From the IMG/VR virus record IMGVR_UViG_3300015189_000002, positions 2,452 to 66,451 of that record: 64,000 nt of DNA; one strand, given 5' to 3'. The notes beneath the pieces are model-generated. The model saw nothing but the letters and a program-made list of their open reading frames with translations, was not told where the DNA came from and searched no databases. A program made the translations under genes and the position numbers. Source of the stretch: a virus. How positions within the stretch are numbered: the first letter of the stretch is position 1; the number at the start of each line of letters is the position of its first letter. This document shows positions 29,446 to 38,755 of the stretch, piece by piece.

Positions 29446-29562
29446 CCCTCTCTCTAATCCGTTTGCGGTGGTTGTGTCTAGTGAATCAAGAGCAACGCTA
29501 GCGCCGGGCGCATGGGTCGCCAAGGGGGCGTCTAGCCACCCGATCCCCCAGCGATTGCTTGA

Positions 29563-29904
29563 CTATCCGGTGTAAGTGGAAAGATGAGACAAAAGACCCC
29601 ATTGTGCAGACATCGCGGCCAAGAGTATGGGCTGAAAGGTATCGCTGGTAGTGTTCGCAGGAAGAACGTACACTGTCGGATCAGACGCCATCAGCCATGC
29701 CGCTGAATCTTGCCACGCAACTGCGTTGCGAATAATACCCTTAGCGAAAGCAACCTGCATGACGAGGTCGGGAGTTCCAGGGGTTAGATTGGCGGTAATT
29801 ACTCCACGCGCCTGATAAACCAGTGCAGCTAGACACTGATCCCTAAACCCTCCAGGCAAATGATCGTTGGCGAAGCCACTTGCAGTTACGAGAACACTTG
29901 CCAT
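29563..29904 (-). CDS. Hypothetical protein, last gene of the second structural block
   Basis: 113 aa with a GAGAGAAG purine-rich leader. Confidence 0.6.
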   Translation of the reverse strand: MASVLVTASGFANDHLPGGFRDQCLAALVYQARGVITANLTPGTPDLVMQVAFAKGIIRNAVAWQDSAAWLMASDPTVYVLPANTTSDTFQPILLAAMSAQWGLLSHLSTYTG

Positions 29905-29933
29905 TTACTTCTTCTCTCTCTTTAGATAGATCA

Positions 29934-30626
29934 TTAGGCCGCTTGACCCCAGCCTGTAAACCCAGCAGGTGCTGCCACGCCTGGAAGAACCTCTACAAAA
30001 CAGTAACCATCAGAGTCGGATGGCATTGCACAGACAAAGGATTGAGTTGTCAGTGCAGCTGCTGGTGTTGTCTGATGTGACTGACGTAACTGAACAGTGG
30101 CACTGAATGAGTTATCAGAGGTTGTATTGGCACCAAATGAAATCAAAGGAGACGCTCCTCCGTCACTCGAGCCAAAGAACCCAATCGACCCAATAGCAGT
30201 TGCAACGTAAGTCAAAGTCTGTGTTGTCTGTCCACTGAACCACTGACCACCAGTAGGAAGACCTGGCGTGATTTGACCAATCGGAGCGGCATTGTTAGCG
30301 CCAGTAAGAACATATACTTTCAGACCACAGGGACCAGTAGATGACCAAGTTGATCTAATAGTGGTACTGATGCTACTTGTTACAGTAGCCCAAAAGAATC
30401 CACTTTCACATGTGCTTCCGTAACTCTGTTCTGCTGCCTTTGTCCAAGCTGACGTAGAACCTGTAACGGTAGTAATAGCAGCAGTTTTTGCAGAACTGTC
30501 ATATCCACTGTTCACGCTCACCAAAAGCAGTGAACCTACTGGCGGAGTAAAAGCCACAGTTGTAAGAGTAGCAACAGCAGCAGTAGAAGTTACGCCTGCT
30601 GGCGAGGTGGCTATTGCAAGTACCAT
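29934..30626 (-). CDS. Thr/Ser-rich beta-rich putative virion protein
   Basis: 230 aa; FTPPVGSLLLVSV motif typical of appendage proteins; coupled start. Confidence 0.55.
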   Translation of the reverse strand: MVLAIATSPAGVTSTAAVATLTTVAFTPPVGSLLLVSVNSGYDSSAKTAAITTVTGSTSAWTKAAEQSYGSTCESGFFWATVTSSISTTIRSTWSSTGPCGLKVYVLTGANNAAPIGQITPGLPTGGQWFSGQTTQTLTYVATAIGSIGFFGSSDGGASPLISFGANTTSDNSFSATVQLRQSHQTTPAAALTTQSFVCAMPSDSDGYCFVEVLPGVAAPAGFTGWGQAA

Positions 30627-31051
30627 TATGCAAACACAACTGTAGCAGTCATCTCAGCACCTGCAACAACAGATCCAACCTGATCAATATTGATCGTCAC
30701 ATAGTGACCAGGAGCAACTGCTGTCACGTTTGGTGCAACAGACAAAATAGTTGTCGTACTGACTGCAACTGTTGGACGGTTCGCCTGTGTCGTAAAAGCT
30801 GTAGTGCCGTCAATATTGCAGTCCACGATCAGTGGAAGACCTGTCGGTGCAGTAATGACAGAGATTCTAACTTTGGCGATATTGACAGTTACGTTACTGT
30901 CGTTGTACCACTTGTTTGCAACCGCGTCAGTCGTAACGGCAAGAGTACCAGACTTCGTAAAGGTCTGTGCTGGAGCCTGTAAAATAACCGGGTCAGCACC
31001 ACCGGGAGCATGTCTGCTGGCGTGAGTACTTAAAGCAACAGTTATAGCCAT
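30626..31051 (-). CDS. Putative virion appendage protein
   Basis: 141 aa; HASRHAPGGADP motif and ITINIDQVGS-like end. Confidence 0.6.
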   Translation of the reverse strand: MAITVALSTHASRHAPGGADPVILQAPAQTFTKSGTLAVTTDAVANKWYNDSNVTVNIAKVRISVITAPTGLPLIVDCNIDGTTAFTTQANRPTVAVSTTTILSVAPNVTAVAPGHYVTINIDQVGSVVAGAEMTATVVFA

Positions 31052-31059
31052 CTCTACTC

Positions 31060-31248
31060 CTAACTGACGGTAATAGTTCCGGTGCCGTCGAGGTTGTCAA
31101 CAGTTGTAACTGCAGAACTGCCGGTGATTGTAGCCGTGCCGTTTCCGTTATCAGTTAGAATGACGCCAGCTCCAGCACTAAGACGTGAGTCAGTAGTAAG
31201 TACAACAGGAACAGTATTGACTGTTAAAGTATTCTTAAAATCCGTCAT
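31060..31248 (-). CDS. Small putative fibre-associated protein
   Basis: MTDFKNTLTVNTVPVVLTTDSRL...; the ATG overlaps the upstream TGA (TGATG). Confidence 0.55.
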   Translation of the reverse strand: MTDFKNTLTVNTVPVVLTTDSRLSAGAGVILTDNGNGTATITGSSAVTTVDNLDGTGTITVS

Positions 31249-32777
31249 CAGCCAATCACCACCACACGAAGCGCATTCAGAGCAGGTGCAACAGAGAACA
31301 CAAAGGTCATGGTATTGACTGTCGCATGAGCAGGATTGGCTCCCATGACCACGGCACCGCCAGTGTTCTCCCACATCTCGTGAGTCACGTCGAGCGTGGC
31401 AAGGTTGTGAGTGACTGTGATCGAAGTAGCGGCACCATTACCGATATCGACTGAATATTTCTTTAGTCCAGAGCCGGCTGATGCAGTCAAGTCTGCCTTG
31501 GTGGCAGCGTCCTGCGGATTGACACTGTTCGCTAGTCCAGTGATCTTCTTGGCGTTCATTGCAACATCGGCAGTCGGAACTGCCATTGCACTCAACGAGT
31601 TGGCAGTAACGCCTGCATCGAAGTCCGAGATTGTGGTGCGAAACTGCGTACCGGTGTGATTGGCTCGAGCCTTGTCGGCAGTGTTCGCTGCTGCCTGCGC
31701 TATCGAGACAGGCTTGTTAGCATCGCTCGTGTCGTCAGCGCTAGTCAAGCCAATGTTGCTCTTGCCGAGAACAACTGTCCCTGTCTGTCCGTTGACACTG
31801 ACGACTGCATCAGTTGGACTATTCAACAGGGTCCAGTTGCCAAGAATTGAAGGATCAGTCGCTGTAAGCATGAAGGTACCAGCGCCATCACTACGAGTAG
31901 CGAGGTCGCCAGGCTGTACCTGGCCAGTTGTCAGCGCAAGCATTGCTGCCTGAGATGCGACAACCACTGTTGTTGATAGCGACAGTGCGGGAATCTGTGA
32001 CGACGGAACGAATCCGCCAACAAGGTCTGCTTTCAGTGCTAAGGCACTAGCTTCTGCTGTTGAGATTGGCTTAGCGGCGTCACTGGTATTGTTGACTGAC
32101 CCAAGTCCAACCATCGTCGGCGTAATACCTCCGACAGTGCCAGTGAAGGTCGGAGAGGCGATATTGGCTTTTGCTACAATCCCGGCCACGACGCGCAGGT
32201 CGGCAGCCGCTGCAAAGTCTGATACAGTTGCTGCGAGCTGGGTTCCAGTGTGGTTACCGCGAGCCTTGGCTGCAGTGTCTGCAGTGGCCTGTGCAGTCGA
32301 TACTGGCTTTGCAACGTCACTGGTGTTGTCAACACTTCCAAGTCCGACGGTTGCCGACGTCAAACCAGTAACGGTGCCACTGAAAGTCTTATTTCCGGTG
32401 AACGTCTCGTTGCCAGCAAGATGCGCCAAGGGGGTATCGTTGGCCGACGTCCAGGCTAGCGCCAGCTTGCTGAAGTCAGCCGCGCTCATTGTGCCGGGTA
32501 CTGCGCCAGTCGCTGCAGCAATGCTGATAGCCTGACTCAGGCCCACAACTCCAGCAACATTGATCGCACCGACTCCTGTGACAGATTCGATGATGTTCGT
32601 CAGACAAGCAGGTATTGCCGTACCATTACCGTGAAAGACCTTGTGGCTTGCTGTGTTGATCCAAACAAGTCCTTCGTCGCCAGCTGCAACTGTTGGGTTT
32701 ACTGCTAGGTTCTGCAGTCTGATATTCAGCAGCTCGTTCTTGTTAAGGTCCCAACTGTTCAGAAACTTCATAGCCAT
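31248..32777 (-). CDS. Fibre protein with internal repeats
   Basis: 509 aa; three GL(G/T)S(V/A)D(N/D)TSDxxKP(V/I)S-type repeats and two ARxNHTGTQ repeats. Confidence 0.7.
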   Translation of the reverse strand: MAMKFLNSWDLNKNELLNIRLQNLAVNPTVAAGDEGLVWINTASHKVFHGNGTAIPACLTNIIESVTGVGAINVAGVVGLSQAISIAAATGAVPGTMSAADFSKLALAWTSANDTPLAHLAGNETFTGNKTFSGTVTGLTSATVGLGSVDNTSDVAKPVSTAQATADTAAKARGNHTGTQLAATVSDFAAAADLRVVAGIVAKANIASPTFTGTVGGITPTMVGLGSVNNTSDAAKPISTAEASALALKADLVGGFVPSSQIPALSLSTTVVVASQAAMLALTTGQVQPGDLATRSDGAGTFMLTATDPSILGNWTLLNSPTDAVVSVNGQTGTVVLGKSNIGLTSADDTSDANKPVSIAQAAANTADKARANHTGTQFRTTISDFDAGVTANSLSAMAVPTADVAMNAKKITGLANSVNPQDAATKADLTASAGSGLKKYSVDIGNGAATSITVTHNLATLDVTHEMWENTGGAVVMGANPAHATVNTMTFVFSVAPALNALRVVVIG

Positions 32778-32783
32778 TCTCCT

Positions 32784-33059
32784 CTAAGAAAGGTACGCGG
32801 AACCGGAGAACGGAGCCGTGAAATGCAGTTGATAATGCCCTGGTCCAACAATAAGTATATCTCCACCGACGACACTTCCAGCTGAATCAACAATCGTAAC
32901 GCTCGGCATGTAAGGAAGATCAAAGATTACATCCCAAACACTCGCCGGAACAGTCTGAATGTGAGTGTAATAGGTAACATGAGTATGCTCACCCAGAGCT
33001 GTATCACCTAAGAGATCAACCCACCCAGTTCCATCCCACTGACGAAGTACCCCAGACAT
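32784..33059 (-). CDS. Small virion-associated protein
   Basis: YTHIQTVPASVWDV...PSVTIVDSAG motif. Confidence 0.6.
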   Translation of the reverse strand: MSGVLRQWDGTGWVDLLGDTALGEHTHVTYYTHIQTVPASVWDVIFDLPYMPSVTIVDSAGSVVGGDILIVGPGHYQLHFTAPFSGSAYLS

Positions 33060-33062
33060 TTC

Positions 33063-34523
33063 TTACATCCACTCAATCGGAACGCGATAGAACTCCTGGC
33101 CACCAGCTCGCAAAAGGTAGATCCACTCGACACCATCAGGCGTCCTAACAAACCTTGCACGCTTGCCGTCGTAGGCTCCAGGGCTGGCGTATGGCATGAC
33201 ACCTGCCGGCTCAAGCATTCCAGTCAGAAGGTCGAACACGTAGCAACGACTCTGGCCTTCTTTCTGAACAAACATCTTACGCTTGCCGTGCATCATGCAA
33301 GCATTATTGCCAGTAGTAAATGTTTCAGCGCCAGCGAACGTCGGCACTGTCGTCCATACTTTCGTGCCGATATTGTACAGATAAATTGTTGCAGTTATTG
33401 CACCACGGAGGCACATGATATATCCTGGCGAGTATGATCCAGGAAAGAACGTGTTACTGCCTGGCCCAATCGCCGCAGGTGCAGTAGCAAGACTGGCAGA
33501 CCAAGCTGCACCAGTCGTCTGTGCGACATCAATCCTATACAGCGCAGTATTGCCATTGCCTGGCTGGTAGTACAGGAAGTCAGCCGAGGGCACTATCTTG
33601 TAAACTGTGGTCGCATCCGGTGCAATAACAAATGGGCCGGTACGAGTGTTTCCAACAGTAGCCACAGCCAGAGTAAGCACAGTCGCAGTATTAGAGGCTA
33701 TTCTCTTTCGATCTCCAATGCCAGTGCCAGCAGTAATCAAAAGGTCATGGTCAGCGTACTGATTCACAATCCAACTTGACGTACTGTCGGTCAGTGCAAG
33801 AGTCGTGCCAGAAGTACCGATGTCGGCAACAGGCTCAATCACGAACGTATCAGTACTAGCCAGTGCGCCCACTAGGACCGGAGAGACTGTAACAGTGTTC
33901 TTATCAGCCACTGCGCTGATAGTACGTTTGGAGCCTATCTGCGTTCCCGAGGTAACTCGCAGTTGCAATCCGATCATCCCAGCACCAAAGGTGCCTGTGG
34001 CGTTGATTGCTTTCACGATCGAAACTGTATTGCCAGTTACATCAGCAATACCACTGTCAATCTGAACTGGAAGGTCCAGATCATTCGGCATCGTCAAGCT
34101 GGCACCATAACTGGCCAAGATTGGAAGAATGGCAGTTATTGTCGTTACTCCCCACGCCGCACACGACTGGTTGGCAATTGTGACTGCAGTCGTGTTCAGG
34201 TTGAATACCTGCCAAGAAGTCAACGCTGCACCGTGTATCATATACAGCACATTACGCTGCGCATCATACTCGATATCGCAGCCATAGCCACCAGCGGTTG
34301 TGGTAGCGAGGTACTGCCAGCCGTTGTTCCAAGTATCAAACCTGTACAACTGGGTAGTGCTCGCCACTGCTGACACTGTTCCGAACTGAATAATCCAGTA
34401 CATGTAACGCTTGCCGTCGTAGGCGCACGACGTGCCCGAGTACGAAACGCCTCCCGGAAAGAACGACAGCCACTGCCACGAGGGAAGGTCGACACCTACG
34501 CGATACTTGTAGTCAACTGGCAT
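33063..34523 (-). CDS. Beta-propeller-like putative virion protein
   Basis: About 486 aa from MPVDYKY (TGATG overlap); Kelch-like YDGKRYMY and YLYNIGTKVW segments. Confidence 0.6.
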   Translation of the reverse strand: MPVDYKYRVGVDLPSWQWLSFFPGGVSYSGTSCAYDGKRYMYWIIQFGTVSAVASTTQLYRFDTWNNGWQYLATTTAGGYGCDIEYDAQRNVLYMIHGAALTSWQVFNLNTTAVTIANQSCAAWGVTTITAILPILASYGASLTMPNDLDLPVQIDSGIADVTGNTVSIVKAINATGTFGAGMIGLQLRVTSGTQIGSKRTISAVADKNTVTVSPVLVGALASTDTFVIEPVADIGTSGTTLALTDSTSSWIVNQYADHDLLITAGTGIGDRKRIASNTATVLTLAVATVGNTRTGPFVIAPDATTVYKIVPSADFLYYQPGNGNTALYRIDVAQTTGAAWSASLATAPAAIGPGSNTFFPGSYSPGYIMCLRGAITATIYLYNIGTKVWTTVPTFAGAETFTTGNNACMMHGKRKMFVQKEGQSRCYVFDLLTGMLEPAGVMPYASPGAYDGKRARFVRTPDGVEWIYLLRAGGQEFYRVPIEWM

Positions 34524-34873
34524 CAGGAGAACACCCACCTATTCACTCGAACTTGATTAAAGGTTTGCATTGACTGTTCGCTCTGTTGCCACCGTTCATC
34601 CACTGTGAAAACTCCTTGCGGCGAACCCCAGATAGAAGAGTATGCGCCACCGTTTGTGCTTCCTGCTGTGGCGTGAGCATAAACATACACCTGCTGAACA
34701 TTCTCAACATTGACCCGCAACTGGTCACTGACCGTTCGTGCATACTGTAGACTGCGCGGCTGCTCCATGATGGCTTGTCGCGCTTGCCGAGCGTCGATCC
34801 GAACGATAGCAGCTTCGACAGCTCCGGCAATCGTCTCGGTAATCAGTTTCTCAAAAGCATTCCTAAGAGCCAT
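34523..34873 (-). CDS. Hypothetical protein
   Basis: 116 aa, coupled in the operon. Confidence 0.6.
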   Translation of the reverse strand: MALRNAFEKLITETIAGAVEAAIVRIDARQARQAIMEQPRSLQYARTVSDQLRVNVENVQQVYVYAHATAGSTNGGAYSSIWGSPQGVFTVDERWQQSEQSMQTFNQVRVNRWVFS

Positions 34874-35391
34874 TACCGTCCGTCCTCAATCCAGAATGTA
34901 AAGTCAGTCGCAGTATCTCCGAGTCCAGTCTGAATCCACATTCCAGTACCGATCATACTGACTGGTTGATCTGACACTGTGAAACTACTGCTAATCATAA
35001 TCGGCTTAACACTCTTTGCGAACCACAGATCACCGATGATAGGATTCAGAGGAGGTGTTACATCGGCGCGCAGCGGAGGACCAGACACTCCACGCTGGGC
35101 AGTCTCGATCTCAACTATCTCAATCTCAGGCAGATCAGCAGTTGAGTACACGCCAGAAACTTCGACCTGAATATCAAGACTACCACTCGCAGTAAGAAGG
35201 TTCCCGACCTCTCCAAGTGTGACTTCGATACTGGGACTGTCCAGCGTCAGCTCGATCTCCATATCGGGACCGTCAGTAGCACTTGTAATTACAGCAACAT
35301 CATCGGTAATCAGCTCAACAGTACTGTTTCCAGAACTGGAGGTAACGCTGACCGTATCCCCGGCCAGTACTTCAAGGGCTAGATCAGCCAC
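34873..35391 (-). CDS. Acidic beta-rich hypothetical protein
   Basis: 172 aa; collagen-remnant-like QRGVSGPP and PLNPIIGDLWF motifs. Confidence 0.55.
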   Translation of the reverse strand: MADLALEVLAGDTVSVTSSSGNSTVELITDDVAVITSATDGPDMEIELTLDSPSIEVTLGEVGNLLTASGSLDIQVEVSGVYSTADLPEIEIVEIETAQRGVSGPPLRADVTPPLNPIIGDLWFAKSVKPIMISSSFTVSDQPVSMIGTGMWIQTGLGDTATDFTFWIEDGR

Positions 35392-35395
35392 ATGC

Positions 35396-35755
35396 TCACC
35401 TCGTTACACCAGGCTGCATGGTGACCGGCCCAGCGAGCACAGTCTTCTTCTCTCCGTTGGGATACAGTATTTCACAGTCCCAAACGCCGGTCACCAGTGT
35501 CATCGCCTCGGTAACACTAGCGGCGAGCGTAAGCAGTACCCCACCCTTGATGGTGACTTGATCAGTAATCGTTGCGACGAACTCAGCAACTACAGTAGCA
35601 CTGATGACCGTTGCGCGTATCTGACTCTTCGGCGTGCAGCCAGTCAGATCCGAGTAGTCCATGCCACCGACGTTGTTTCGAGCTTTGACTCTGATCAGCA
35701 TACTGAACGAGTCACCCTGATACAGCGCGATCGACTGAGGTGCTGGTATGGTCAT
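35396..35755 (-). CDS. Putative baseplate/virion adaptor (BppU-N-like)
   Basis: IALYQGDSFSM...YSDLTGCTPKSQIR...GVWDCEI...TVLAGPV pattern; first gene of the block. Confidence 0.6.
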   Translation of the reverse strand: MTIPAPQSIALYQGDSFSMLIRVKARNNVGGMDYSDLTGCTPKSQIRATVISATVVAEFVATITDQVTIKGGVLLTLAASVTEAMTLVTGVWDCEILYPNGEKKTVLAGPVTMQPGVTR

Positions 35756-35787
35756 ACTGTCACACTCATACTGTCACACTCATACTG
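35753..35787 (-). repeat. 14-bp tandem repeat (2.5 copies) ending in the start codon
   Basis: CAGTATGAGTGTGA CAGTATGAGTGTGA CAGTATG(ACC). Confidence 0.9.
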
Positions 35788-35789
35788 AA

Positions 35790-37835
35790 ACACTCCAGTC
35801 AGGTACAGGGCATATAGGCACGCGGCGAGTTCTCACAATACCAGTCACACACTCCACAACGCAAGCATGACCGCTCCGCGTACCCCACATCAACCCACAT
35901 AACGAGTCTAAAAACCAGTACTAGTTTATCCCTCTTTAAAGCAAACCCTATCCCTCCGTATAACAAATCTTTTATACGAAAATCGGCTTGTTTACGCGGC
36001 CAAAACACAAGGGATTGCCCATTATCGCTACCCATAAAGTCTCTTTTGTGGGTCACTTGCAAACGTGTGGGTTGATGTGGGTTTGTGTTAAGCTGTGTGG
36101 GTTTGTATTGGAATCACTAAAGCACTATTGTTTATCCCATTTGATGCGTTATATACGACTCGTTTCTGTATGTGTGCGTGTGGGTGGGTGTGTGTTTGTA
36201 TTAAGTTGAGGGTATTTGAGCATTTTTATTATCGGCAACCGCTTAAGCAAACAAAAACACGCAAAAATAGGAAGACTGTAAAACACAAAGGAAGGGATAA
36301 TGTCCTGAATCCCCAAAGCCAGAACGGGATGCACATAATGTCAGTACCACACAAAACCACATACCAAACCCCACACAAACACACATACACACACATACTT
36401 ACTACTATATATATATGACATCTATATAAGCATCTAATAGGCATCTAATGTGTGAACTATGAGCATCTGCGGTCAGAGCTGGTCGTTTGTCATTCTTTCG
36501 TCATGGATGGGGGATACTATATGAGCTAGACTCTTTAAAATATACTGCTGTCAACCTAAAGATACTGCTTCTTCAGGTGAAGCAGAGTGCTTTCTTGATA
36601 ATTGGACGCGTTCCTAGACCAGTCTTGACCGTTCTTATAGGGTGATTTAGCATCTTAAAAAAGTTCATCTGTGCAACGAGTGCCAAGAGCGGGCGCGGCG
36701 CGGCGGGGGTTCGGATTTTTTTACCGGGGGCGTACTTGGGTTGAGGTCAAAGTCGTCGACTTGCCTACGCCAAATTGGGAAAGGTCAGACCAAAGTATGG
36801 TCCGATAGTGCGCGCTATCGGGCCACCTGCCACGACAGGTCTATGGTCTGACCATACCAAGGTGCCACCTTGCTAGGCGATCCGATGGCGACCTGCTACA
36901 AGCCTTAATACAAACCGCGTATAAGACTGTATAAGCAGTATCGTTATACAGTCTTAACGAGTCCGATTCCCCTCTGTTGTACCCTGTCATGTAGCAATAC
37001 AAGCCTCAATACAGTCACCATCCCGGCTTTCCCCGTTTGTATCAGCCATCGTATCAGACGATGCGATCACGAGCGATTAGGGTTATTAGATCACACTCGT
37101 ATGAGGTAATAGAACAGATGTACCTGTGGATAACCCAATTATCTCATATATGCTATATGGCCGTAAAGGCACCTAGGAGCCCGCCTAACGCTACAGACCC
37201 CCATACTGGCACTATCACCCAGCCTCGTTGCGTTCGTTCGTTAGGCGACATACCTGCAGGTCATACGCTTGCGTAACCAGCCGTTTGGCCTGTGGAAAAC
37301 CCGATCTCTAGACCTCTAGTAGAGGTCTAGGACTGCATACCCCTAGGGGTACAGGTCATACCCCTTAGGGGTATCGTTAGATCGTTAGCTCTGCTAACAA
37401 GAGCGATACGGGTATGGGTATGCAGATACCCATACGGGTAAGGGTATCTGGCTGGGAGCCATCCTAAGCGGCCTCGTGCCTGCTACAATACTTGGTACAA
37501 TCACCTATTTGACCTGCAAAGCAGTTTGTGAAACAAACTCGCAGCTGTGGAATATGTTGTTTCAGCTCACATAACAATCATGTAACGCTACGTGATTACC
37601 TGTTGACAGTTAGGTCAGCCTTGGTGTATCACGCGCAGGCGCGCCTGCACACGGGCACAGTGTTATGGCAAAACAATACTTGCTACAAACAGCGCGTCGC
37701 GTTGGCTGTGGGATGTGATCTACGTCACACTATGGCCTCCTAGGTTGACATGGCCTAGCGCTAGCCCCCATTCTGATCAAACGGCCAGCCGCTCGGCTAG
37801 CCGTTACAGCGCAACCGTTCTAGGAGACGATCATC
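35790..37835. other. About 2-kb non-coding divergent control region (candidate origin, genome end or promoter hub)
   Basis: No credible ORF. The left half is AT-rich with simple repeats; the right half has multiple palindromes. Genes diverge on both sides. Confidence 0.7.
37745..37774 (+). promoter_or_regulatory. Candidate early promoter
   Basis: TTGACA-18 nt-CATTCT upstream of the first rightward gene; another TTGACA lies near 37604. Confidence 0.4.
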
Positions 37836-38591
37836 ATGGCCTCATCCGTTACCTCCACCAGTACCTCCTTCGCCACCGTTACCCCTGCCACCGTCCCGGC
37901 GGGATGCGTCAACGTCGACGCAGTCAACCTGTACCGGGCGGCCGATGCCAAGGGCAAGGCCAACCTTCGGAGCGCGTTCACCAGCCAGATCAAGGCAACC
38001 ATCATGCAGGCCATGACTGGCGACGCGAGCGCCAACCAGCGGGGTCTCGACCTGATCGCCACCGAGGCTGCCTGCCTGACCAAGGCCCCGAAGGCCCCGA
38101 AGACGGTCAACGCTGGCCTCGTGATCGCCAATCGGATCGCAGCCCTTCGCATGGCTGCGGACCTGTTGGAGCGTGGCGAGTTCGCGCCGAAAGACCTGAC
38201 CCTGCCCGTCGGCTTCATCGGGCCAAACGCGTTCGACTTCGCCGAGGTCGACGCCACCGAGGTCTGGGAAGCCGCCTCGGCGATCGCCGGATCGAAGATC
38301 ACGAAGTCCAGCGAGCGTCGCGTCGTTCAGTCCGTCGTCGATCGTGCCTTCGCGGACCTGCCCGAGGGTGCCTTCCTGACCAGCGCCGAGATCGCGGAGG
38401 CCGGAAAGATCGAAGGCTACAAGTGCAGCGGTGGTGCCATCTCGGCGCGACTGGTCCCGATGACCTACACCGATGGCAAGGGGACCGTGTCCGGCAAGTC
38501 GTGCACCTTTACCGGGGTCAGGGTCCAGTCCGCCGGTACGGCTGGCCTCGGTGCGATCAAGGACAGCACCGTGACCGGCGACGAGGAGTAG
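37836..38591 (+). CDS. Hypothetical protein, paralog of 47140-48192
   Basis: 251 aa; CTAGGAG Shine-Dalgarno; strong GC3 bias. Confidence 0.8.
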   Translation: MASSVTSTSTSFATVTPATVPAGCVNVDAVNLYRAADAKGKANLRSAFTSQIKATIMQAMTGDASANQRGLDLIATEAACLTKAPKAPKTVNAGLVIANRIAALRMAADLLERGEFAPKDLTLPVGFIGPNAFDFAEVDATEVWEAASAIAGSKITKSSERRVVQSVVDRAFADLPEGAFLTSAEIAEAGKIEGYKCSGGAISARLVPMTYTDGKGTVSGKSCTFTGVRVQSAGTAGLGAIKDSTVTGDEE

Positions 38592-38599
38592 CCAACCCA

Positions 38600-38631
38600 G
38601 ACCCTAGCCAGCGATCACGCTGGCTAGGGTC
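38600..38631 (+). terminator. 14-bp perfect stem-loop after the gene
   Basis: GACCCTAGCCAGCG ATCA CGCTGGCTAGGGTC. Confidence 0.5.
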
Positions 38632-38755
38632 AGTTGGCCTTCCGGCCTCACCTCCGGCAGGCCAGTTGACCCTAGCCTTTGTCAAGTCGACGCCTCGCCT
38701 CGTTTGGTTGAGGTCGAAAAGTCCCCAAAAAGTCCGAAGCCCTAGGAGGCTCAAG

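Noticed and set aside
36880-36896. GGCGACCT resembling lambda cosN
   Set aside because: Only 8 nt match, which is expected by chance; no supporting cos architecture.
37715-38755. 561-aa ORF 37715-39400 as one protein
   Set aside because: The N-terminal 347 codons are an off-frame shadow of gene 37836-38591 in GC-rich DNA; the Shine-Dalgarno supports a start at 38756.
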